A stretch of DNA of 32,000 nt from Pseudodesulfovibrio piezophilus C1TLV30 (GTDB lineage Bacteria > Desulfobacterota > Desulfovibrionia > Desulfovibrionales > Desulfovibrionaceae), in the NCBI RefSeq assembly GCF_000341895.1, contig NC_020409.1, positions 3,000,001-3,032,000 of the forward strand, in the 5' to 3' direction. This document shows, in pieces, positions 1-6,575 of the stretch (positions are counted from its first letter, which is position 1; each line of letters opens with the position of its first letter). The notes below the pieces were generated by a model. That model was given only the letters and a program-made list of their open reading frames with translations, was not told the origin of the DNA and ran no database searches. The position numbers and the translations under genes are program-made.

Positions 1-2
1 TT

Positions 3-1268
3 TTGCCCATGGATACCCATCTGCATCGAATCAGCGGATTGGAGAAGGATTATGTGGATTTCTACGGGGAAGGATATTTGAATGAGTACCCGGCTCCTCC
101 TAAAAAAGAGGTTTCTGTGGCGAATGCTTCTTCGGGACAGTCCTCAAACTCTTCGTTACCCTTGAGAGACTGCGCGAACTCTTCTGACGAATTTGGTCGG
201 CTTATGTGTCTCATCGAAAAACAGAACGGCGCAAAGGGCGGTCGTTCAATGCAATGGCCTCTCGCCGTTTTTCCTTCCTATACGGTCAAGGTGGGGACTG
301 ATGCTTCGCTGGGAGCGGGGCTTTCCCTCAAGGGGATACCCCTTGGGTTGTCCTTCCTGCATGCATCTCAAGCTTTGGCCATGGTGACTATCAAGGACAG
401 CTATAGTGTGGGGCTTCCCGTGGATGTGCTCTACCCGGAAGTGACAGCTTGGGCAGCGCGGCCGGAGGCAAGCGAATTGCTTGATGAATATGTCGATGGC
501 CATGAAAACGTCCTCTACGTTCGGCTTATCACAAAGGTCTTTTTGGCGCAGCAGTTCGACATAGCTCTTCTCTCAAACTCCCAGACTGGCGGCAGGGTAA
601 ACGTCAATACAGAATCAGCCGAGGGAAACGCGACTGCCGACAATGCAACCATGACCGAGCGCTTGACAGAGCTTGTCATGCAAAACCTCGTGACCGCAGC
701 GGCCGACCAGATGCCCAAGGGCGAGGTGGCTTTCATGTCCGGTTCATCCAGTGCCGTGAGCCTGCGAGAGACGTTGGATCGTCCTGTTGTTCTCGGGTAT
801 CACGCTGTTGATATACCGGTTTTTGACGGCGGGAGGCTTGGAGCACCGGTTGCCACACAAAGCTTTCTCCTTGACCGGGCAACGCCCTTGGCCTCGGCCA
901 GGGAAATCAGGGAAAACCGGTTGAGCATCGTGGATCTGAATCGCGAAGTAAATTCTCTATCCAGGACGTGCGCTGTCTTTTTCATGCATATTATGGCGGA
1001 TAGAAGTCCTGATCGTTATGGCTCAATCGTATCTTTACTCGATCGATTGGTCGCAGAAGCTCAAGAAGGATCAGTGACTGAGAGTTTCTTTGACGCGACA
1101 AAAAAAGATTTCGATGACGTTACCGATGACTGGATTAACGAGGCTGCCAATGCATCAACGGAAGAAAGCGACCGGATTTTACGATCGATCAAGGCGGAAT
1201 ACGTGCGAGCGCTCGGGATGGCCCGGCGTCGATGCGAGAGCATGAAGAGCAGGAGGAATTATGAGTGA
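3..1268 (+). CDS. Hypothetical protein, possibly truncated at the 5' window edge. It has a Ser-rich N-terminal stretch, a beta-rich central region with a gasdermin-N-like motif pattern (speculative), and a helical charged C-terminal region.
   Basis: The frame is open from the window edge (TTG at 3, ATG at 9), so the true start may lie upstream. The stop TGA 1266-1268 overlaps the ATG of the next ORF. I recognise no family with certainty. Motifs in order: GTDASLGAGLSLKG, VTIKDSYSV, ENVLYVRLITKVF, GGRVNVNT, PVVLGYHAVDI. Confidence 0.6.
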   Translation: MPMDTHLHRISGLEKDYVDFYGEGYLNEYPAPPKKEVSVANASSGQSSNSSLPLRDCANSSDEFGRLMCLIEKQNGAKGGRSMQWPLAVFPSYTVKVGTDASLGAGLSLKGIPLGLSFLHASQALAMVTIKDSYSVGLPVDVLYPEVTAWAARPEASELLDEYVDGHENVLYVRLITKVFLAQQFDIALLSNSQTGGRVNVNTESAEGNATADNATMTERLTELVMQNLVTAAADQMPKGEVAFMSGSSSAVSLRETLDRPVVLGYHAVDIPVFDGGRLGAPVATQSFLLDRATPLASAREIRENRLSIVDLNREVNSLSRTCAVFFMHIMADRSPDRYGSIVSLLDRLVAEAQEGSVTESFFDATKKDFDDVTDDWINEAANASTEESDRILRSIKAEYVRALGMARRRCESMKSRRNYE

Positions 1269-1473
1269 CGGAATACAGTATGAATACAGAGTGTTTCAAC
1301 AGGATAAACCGTTTGTTTTCGTCTCGGGGCAATTGGAAACATGGAAGGACAACGGTTACCTCGCGGTGGAGCTGCTGGACAGAGAAGGAGTCTGGTATGC
1401 ACTGCGTTGGCTGAAGACTCCTCGAGGCATAGACGGCAAACCTTCCGATGATCCGGAAGGGCTGGAATTGTAG
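1261..1473 (+). CDS. Small hypothetical protein (70 aa), translationally coupled to the upstream ORF.
   Basis: ATG 1261 is preceded by AGGAGG (1250-1255). It overlaps the upstream stop by 8 nt. No recognisable family. Confidence 0.5.
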   Translation: MSDGIQYEYRVFQQDKPFVFVSGQLETWKDNGYLAVELLDREGVWYALRWLKTPRGIDGKPSDDPEGLEL

Positions 1474-1589
1474 GTTTTCGAAAGGGGCTTCGGATACGGT
1501 CCGGGTGTTCTTGAGAGTGCCGGAGTTTTGCACATCATTGCCAGCCCGGAAAGTTTGCGTTAGGGCCGCTCTCACAAGGAGTTGCTCTC

Positions 1590-2576
1590 ATGAAGTCGAC
1601 CATAACCCCGGCCCGTTTCCGTTTGGTCATTCAAACCGTTTTCGTCGTTTTTAATATTTACGTTGGTATTCGCTTTGCCGCATTTGTGGCCTGGGCCACG
1701 AACAAGACTGATGTCTTTACCCCCAAGCCCGGTGCCGTAGAAGGTTTCTTGCCAATCAGTGCCTTGCTTGGTTTCAGGCAATGGATCACGACTGGGCTCT
1801 GGGATACTGTCCATCCGGCTGGCTTGACGATCTTTTTGGCTTTGCTGGTCATGGCGCTGCTTTTTCGTAAAGGCTTTTGCGGATATATCTGTCCGATTGG
1901 TTTCCTTTCCGGTCTTCTTGACAGGGCAGGGCGGAAGATGGGCCTATCCCGTATCCCGGTCAAATGGGTGGACTATCCACTCCTTTCCGTCAAATATCTG
2001 CTGACAGGGTTTTTCCTTTATACCGTTTTTGTTTCCATGGGGCTTGCTTCGGTCCAGTCTTTTCTCGGCACTCCTTTTAATGTTGTTGCCGATGCCAAAA
2101 TGCTCGCTTTTTTTATGTCGCCCTCTCTTCTTTCGTTGATCATTATCGCCGTGCTCATCATTTTTACGTTGATTTTCAGATACGCATGGTGCCGATACCT
2201 CTGCCCGTATGGCGCGTTGCTCGGTGCCCTCGCCTTTTTCAGCCCCACGACTGTCTCTCGAAATGAAGAGACCTGTATCGACTGCGGGAAATGTACTCGG
2301 GGCTGCCCTGGCGGTATTCGGGTCCAGCAGAAAAAGCATGTGCGATCCCCTGAATGTATCGGGTGCGCCGAGTGTCTCGGTAATTGTCCTGTGGATGGGT
2401 GTCTGAATGTCACGGTTGGCGGACGGTACTCGGTGCCATGGATGATGATAGGCATTGGTGCCGTTGTTACTCTGCTTGCCTTCTGGGGCTGGGCTAGGGC
2501 GACAGGGCATTGGAATGCGGAGATGCCTGCGGCCATGATCAAACGGTTTTATTCGCTGTTCTTCACTGCCGGATAG
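1590..2576 (+). CDS. Membrane-bound 4Fe-4S polyferredoxin, NapH/MauN/NosR-like family.
   Basis: AAGGAG lies upstream of ATG 1590. There are several hydrophobic TM segments. Cys motifs CGYICPIG and CRYLCPYG, plus two ferredoxin-type clusters CIDCGKCTRGCP and CIGCAECLGNCP. Confidence 0.8.
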   Translation: MKSTITPARFRLVIQTVFVVFNIYVGIRFAAFVAWATNKTDVFTPKPGAVEGFLPISALLGFRQWITTGLWDTVHPAGLTIFLALLVMALLFRKGFCGYICPIGFLSGLLDRAGRKMGLSRIPVKWVDYPLLSVKYLLTGFFLYTVFVSMGLASVQSFLGTPFNVVADAKMLAFFMSPSLLSLIIIAVLIIFTLIFRYAWCRYLCPYGALLGALAFFSPTTVSRNEETCIDCGKCTRGCPGGIRVQQKKHVRSPECIGCAECLGNCPVDGCLNVTVGGRYSVPWMMIGIGAVVTLLAFWGWARATGHWNAEMPAAMIKRFYSLFFTAG

Positions 2577-2718
2577 GAAGGAAGAGACATGCAGTGATTC
2601 CGGTTTCTGCCAGGTCGGGATTCATTGCAGGAACCGGGCAAAGCGTGTAAGGAAGCCCGGATAGAAACACATTGCGGGATTGAGGTGTCATTATCGCCCT
2701 TCCCAAGGAGGATATTCC

Positions 2719-3375
2719 ATGTACGTTGGACTGAAAATGCTTCGCGACTTCGTCAAGGTCACCCCGGACACATTGGTCAAGGATGCCCAAAAGCAGCTTG
2801 AAGAGAATAAGCTGTGGATGCTCCTGGTGGTGGACGAAGAGGGCAAGCTGCTCGGCTACGTGCGCAAGGAAGATATCTCCGCCGCTCTGCCAAGCCATAT
2901 TACCTCACTGGAGAAACACGAGATATCTTTTCTCTTGAGCAAGCTGACGGTTGCCCAGATATATCGCACTGATATCAAGACCGTGACCCCGGAGACCGAG
3001 ATCGAGGGTGCGGCAGACATGATGTATGAGATGAACCTGGCCGGTTTGGCCGTGGTGGGGACCGAAGGACAGCTGATCGGCTATATCAATCGAAGTGTAC
3101 TGCTCGACGTACTGGCCGAGGAAATGGGATACCGCGAGGGGGGGAGTCGTTTGGCTCTGGAATGCGAAGACCGCTCAGGTATCCTCTATGAAGTGGCTGG
3201 TGTGATTGCAAATATGAAAATTTCCATTATTTCCACGGGTACATTCTTCTATAAAGGGCGTCGGATCGTCGTGGTTCGTATTGACAGTGACGATACCTCT
3301 GCAGTGGGAGCTGCTTTGACCGAACGTGGATACAAGCTGGTTGCTCCCGAGTCCTTTGCCGAAGAGTGGGCATAG
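2719..3375 (+). CDS. CBS-pair plus C-terminal ACT-like domain protein (AcuB-like).
   Basis: AAGGAGG lies 7 nt upstream of ATG 2719, which I prefer to the longer ORF start at 2680. The translation has two CBS-like repeats (VTPDT...VVDEEGKLLGYV, VTPETE...VVGTEGQLIGYI) followed by an ACT-like segment (LALECEDRSGILYEVAGVIANMKISI). Confidence 0.75.
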   Translation: MYVGLKMLRDFVKVTPDTLVKDAQKQLEENKLWMLLVVDEEGKLLGYVRKEDISAALPSHITSLEKHEISFLLSKLTVAQIYRTDIKTVTPETEIEGAADMMYEMNLAGLAVVGTEGQLIGYINRSVLLDVLAEEMGYREGGSRLALECEDRSGILYEVAGVIANMKISIISTGTFFYKGRRIVVVRIDSDDTSAVGAALTERGYKLVAPESFAEEWA

Positions 3376-3662
3376 TTTTCTCTCATCCATTTTCTTCCTG
3401 CCGGGGGGTATGCGGAAGATTCATTCCTCGGCAGCGCACCATGGCTGCTCTCACTGTCTTCTTGTCTCTGCGGATAGCAAAGTTTTTTCCAGAAGAGTGT
3501 CCATTTTCTCTCGGCAGCAAAGGGTGTCGGGTTTGAGATCGTCATGGACGAATACGGTTCATTGTGTTAGTGCGCTCCGATAAGGTGTCGAGGATTGGTT
3601 TCTCGGTTCTGAAAATTTCGATTAACCCGGCTTATTGGCTGGGGTTGCGGTCCTGATCGGAC

Positions 3663-3696
3663 GGGTCGGTGATGGTTTCACCGGCCCTTCTCTTTT
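3663..3696 (+). terminator. Intrinsic terminator-like hairpin on the plus strand, about 290 nt downstream of the nearest plus-strand gene.
   Basis: GGGTCGGTGA-tggtt-TCACCGGCCC forms 10 bp including one G-U pair. It is followed by TTCTCTTTT. Confidence 0.5.
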
Positions 3697-3711
3697 GGGA
3701 GAAGGATGTTT

Positions 3712-3767
3712 GTCAGTCAAAAGAATCCCCCGGAGACAGATGTTTCCGGGGGATTCTTTTGACTGAC
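3712..3767. terminator. Very long perfect hairpin (23-bp stem) between convergent genes. Probably a bidirectional terminator.
   Basis: GTCAGTCAAAAGAATCCCCCGGA (3712-3734) is the exact reverse complement of TCCGGGGGATTCTTTTGACTGAC (3745-3767). The loop is 10 nt. Confidence 0.55.
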
Positions 3768-3814
3768 GGATTGCATGATGTGCCGTGGCTCATCAGGCTT
3801 TCCACAGGGAGAGT

Positions 3815-4144
3815 TTAGCAGCCGCAACCTGAAGAGCCGCATCCACCGCTGGAGCAATCGCATCCGCCGCCGCCACCGACTTCATTTTCGGAATCAATGG
3901 TGAATCCGTATTGAGTCATGTCAATGGTCACTTTGCCTGTAGCTTCTGCCAGTTCCTCATTGATGAGAAAGGTAAAGCTTTCAAGTTCCACTGATTTGTC
4001 ACCGTCGCGCGGTTCGTCGAGGGCCAGGGAAAGCCGCATGCCGCTGCAACCGCCACCTGCGAGATGAATACGGATGGGAGAGACGGTTTTCCCTTCAAAG
4101 TAAGAGGTCAGTTCCTTTTGTGCTGATTCGGTCACATTGATCAT
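3815..4144 (-). CDS. HesB/IscA-like Fe-S cluster assembly/carrier protein (Cys form) with a Cys/Gly/Ser-rich C-terminal tail.
   Basis: Translation: MINVTESAQKELTSYFEGKTVSPIRIHLAGGGCSGMRLSLALDEP...GGGGGCDCSSGGCGSSGCGC. I prefer the start at 4144 over 4168 because it aligns residue-for-residue with the start of the upstream paralogue. Confidence 0.8.
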   Translation of the reverse strand: MINVTESAQKELTSYFEGKTVSPIRIHLAGGGCSGMRLSLALDEPRDGDKSVELESFTFLINEELAEATGKVTIDMTQYGFTIDSENEVGGGGGCDCSSGGCGSSGCGC

Positions 4145-4205
4145 ACTGGTTCCTTTTTTGGGGTTCATGAAAGATTTATGAACGAGTCCCTATCGGGATG
4201 ACTGA

Positions 4206-4239
4206 TAAAAAAGCGACGCCTTGATAAGAGACGTCGCTT
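4206..4239 (-). terminator. Intrinsic terminator between the two HesB-like genes.
   Basis: On the minus strand, AGCGACG-tctcttatcaagg-CGTCGCT is followed by TTTTTT. Confidence 0.6.
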
Positions 4240-4260
4240 TCGATGACCGTAAACTCAGCC

Positions 4261-4605
4261 TTAGCAGGAGCAGCTTCCAGAGCTGCATCCGCCGCTATCG
4301 GTGCCGCAGCCGCCTGAAGAGCAGCCACCTTCACCGCCGACCGAATTTTCGGATTCAACAACAAAACCGTAGTAGGTCATGTCGATTTTCACTTTACCGG
4401 TCTGGGCTTGAAGTTCTTTGTCGATGAGGAAGGTGAATCCACCAGCCTCGAATACTTCGTCTTTATCATTAGGCTCATCCAGAGCCAGAGTCAGGCGAGG
4501 GCCTGCTCAACCTCCGGCTGCGAGGTACACTCGGACAGGAGATGGCTCCTTGTCCTGGAAATAGCCGTCGAGCTGCTTACCGGCAGCTTCAGTCAATTCA
4601 AACAT
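4261..4605 (-). CDS. HesB/IscA-like selenoprotein candidate. An in-frame TGA (4509..4507) sits at the position of the conserved Cys.
   Basis: AGGAGG (4617..4612) lies 6 nt upstream of ATG 4605. Translation: MFELTEAAGKQLDGYFQDKEPSPVRVYLAAGG-TGA-AGPRLTLALDEPNDKDEVFEAGGFTFLIDKELQAQTGKVKIDMTYYGFVVESENSVGGEGGCSSGGCGTDSGGCSSGSCSC-TAA. It is collinear with the Cys paralogue on both sides of the TGA. The ORF track does not list it. Confidence 0.75.
4472..4506 (-). other. Candidate bacterial SECIS region: two small hairpins within 40 nt 3' of the UGA.
   Basis: The mRNA reads UGA-GAGCAGGC-CCUC-GCCUG(A)CUC, then GGCUC-UGGAU-GAGCC. The second hairpin has a G-containing apical loop about 30 nt after the UGA. 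I folded this by eye only. Confidence 0.4.
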
Positions 4606-4768
4606 TGATAGCCTCCTATAGATGGTCGGGAAAAGAAGAGGTAAGAACTCTATGCGGCTTTGTCAAATCGAAATTCGTACATTTCTTGTGCTGATGTTGA
4701 CCCCCTCTGATTGATGGGATAATTCCTGATATTGCCATCCGGCCAAATTGAAGACGAGGCATGATACG

Positions 4769-5311
4769 ATGAAAGAATGTGGTACCATACTGAATGACAA
4801 GGAAATGAACCGGACACTTGAACGTCTGGCCATAGAAGTCTACGAGCGTCATGGTGAATGTGAGACCCTCGCCATTCTCGGCATACAACGACGCGGTGCC
4901 GATCTGGCTGAGCGGTTGAAAAAACTTCTGGATGATCGGTTGGGACGCAAGGTTCCACTGGGCAAGCTTGATATCAATCTCTATCGGGATGACTGGACAA
5001 CCAACCTTGAATTGACCCCCGTTATCAACTGTTCCGAAATAGGGTTCGAGATAGAAGGTGCGTCCATTGTTCTGGTGGATGACGTACTGTATTCCGGCCG
5101 GACTATCCGGGCGGCGCTGGAAGCTATACTGGACTACGGCCGTCCCAGGCGTGTGGAGCTGCTGGTGATGGTTGACAGGGGGAACAGGGAATTGCCCATT
5201 CAGGCCGATTATGTGGGCAAGAAGGTTGAAACTTCCATGGGCCAGCATGTGAATGTACTGGTCAATGAGCGGGACGATGAGGACCGTGTCTGTCTGGTCG
5301 AGGGCGACTAG
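4769..5311 (+). CDS. pyrR: Bifunctional pyrimidine operon regulator / uracil phosphoribosyltransferase PyrR.
   Basis: The PRPP-binding motif IVLVDDVLYSGRTIRAA is present, and the length of about 180 aa is typical. ATG 4769 with an upstream GAGG is preferred to TTG 4748. Confidence 0.85.
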   Translation: MKECGTILNDKEMNRTLERLAIEVYERHGECETLAILGIQRRGADLAERLKKLLDDRLGRKVPLGKLDINLYRDDWTTNLELTPVINCSEIGFEIEGASIVLVDDVLYSGRTIRAALEAILDYGRPRRVELLVMVDRGNRELPIQADYVGKKVETSMGQHVNVLVNERDDEDRVCLVEGD

Positions 5312-5313
5312 GT

Positions 5314-5850
5314 ATGGCGTTTACTCCTGTTGATCGGGACCCTGTCCCACAGCCTTGTATTACGTTGGTAGGGATGGCTGGTGCCGGAAAAACCACCCTC
5401 GGAGCTATGCTGGCCCGACAACTCGATTGGGGGCAGCTTGATACCGACCTGTATCTTGAATCCTACTACGGGATGCCGCTTCAAACTATTATGGACACCT
5501 ACGGACTTGATGACTTTTTGCGCATCGAGGATCACCTTGTCAGCGAATTGGGACTGACAAGGACAGTTATTTCCACTGGAGGAAGTGTCATCTATGGCAC
5601 CCAGGCCATGGCTCGTTTGAAGGAGCTTGGCAAAGTCGTTTTTCTGGACATTGACGAGACAACATTTCTCAAGCGGGTCGGCGATGGCGAGAATCGCGGC
5701 TTAGCCATTGCTCCAGGTGCCAGTATGAGTGACCTTTACAACGAGCGGCAGCCACTGTACCGTGCCGCCGCCGACATCGTGGTCCGCACCGACAGGGACA
5801 CACCGGAAGCATGTGTGGCCCAGATTCTCGAACACATTGATCTGATATGA
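5314..5850 (+). CDS. aroK: Shikimate kinase family protein.
   Basis: Walker A GMAGAGKTT, followed by the DTD motif, STGGS, and a C-terminal pattern typical of AroK. It starts 3 nt after the pyrR stop. Confidence 0.75.
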   Translation: MAFTPVDRDPVPQPCITLVGMAGAGKTTLGAMLARQLDWGQLDTDLYLESYYGMPLQTIMDTYGLDDFLRIEDHLVSELGLTRTVISTGGSVIYGTQAMARLKELGKVVFLDIDETTFLKRVGDGENRGLAIAPGASMSDLYNERQPLYRAAADIVVRTDRDTPEACVAQILEHIDLI

Positions 5851-6461
5851 AAAAATTGACTCCAAAGGCCGCCTACCGCAAACTGGCTTCCATTTATGAT
5901 CGCATGGTCGATCAGTATTCCGATGCAGCAGAAGCGATCGGCATGACCTGCAACGGTTGTCACGATAACTGTTGTCTTTCCTTTTTTCAGCACCATACTT
6001 ACGTGGAATGGGCTTATATGTGGGAAGGATTGAATCAACTGCCCGCAGAGCGACTCGAAGAAATAAGGGAAAAAGCCCGGATATATGTGGAGAGTGCTCA
6101 GGACTCCCTGAATAGGGGAGAACGCCCACATCTCATGTGTCCGCTCAATATCGATGAGCAGCAGGGAATCTGTGGTTTGTACAATCATCGCCTGATGATT
6201 TGTCGTATGCATGGTGTTCCCAATCTTTTGGTCAAGCCCAACGGACAGCAGGTCCAGTTTCCGGGGTGCTATCGTTGTCAGGAATTGACCGACCTCTATG
6301 AGGCGGATGGCAGATCAGCTCCGGTGGTGAATCGGACCTCTCTCTACAAGGATCTGGTCATGCTGGAGATGCAATTTGTGGGCAAGAACCTGAGGCAATT
6401 CCCCAAAGTGGATCATACCATTGCGGAAATGATTGTCCTTGGCCCTCCGCGCTTTCGGTAG
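5847..6461 (+). CDS. YkgJ-family (CxxCxxCC) putative zinc/iron-chelating domain protein.
   Basis: Motif CNGCHDNCC plus further Cys pairs. An ATGA start/stop overlap joins it to aroK. Confidence 0.6.
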   Translation: MKKLTPKAAYRKLASIYDRMVDQYSDAAEAIGMTCNGCHDNCCLSFFQHHTYVEWAYMWEGLNQLPAERLEEIREKARIYVESAQDSLNRGERPHLMCPLNIDEQQGICGLYNHRLMICRMHGVPNLLVKPNGQQVQFPGCYRCQELTDLYEADGRSAPVVNRTSLYKDLVMLEMQFVGKNLRQFPKVDHTIAEMIVLGPPRFR

Positions 6462-6541
6462 AAAGGGGAGTCTTGGAGAAGAGAATACCTTGCTTCCCGG
6501 CCGGGATTGTCGAGCAGGTATAAATTATCATACAATTGGCA

Positions 6542-6575
6542 ACATGGAACAATCTGACGTAAGGTTGTTCCATGT
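6542..6575. promoter_or_regulatory. Perfect 11-bp inverted repeat that includes the annotated start codon of the sensor kinase.
   Basis: ACATGGAACAA (6542-6552), a 12-nt spacer, then TTGTTCCATGT (6565-6575). The ATG at 6572-6574 lies in the right arm and the AAGG lies in the loop. Confidence 0.3.

Noticed and set aside
4472-4490. PyrR-binding-loop-like TCCAGAGCC on the plus strand near pyrR
   Set aside because: It deviates from the UCCAGAGAGG core. It lies inside, and antisense to, the HesB-like selenoprotein gene and is not in any pyr leader.
4616-5248. 210-aa minus-strand ORF
   Set aside because: It is antisense to pyrR, whose PRPP-binding motif identifies the plus-strand frame as the real one.
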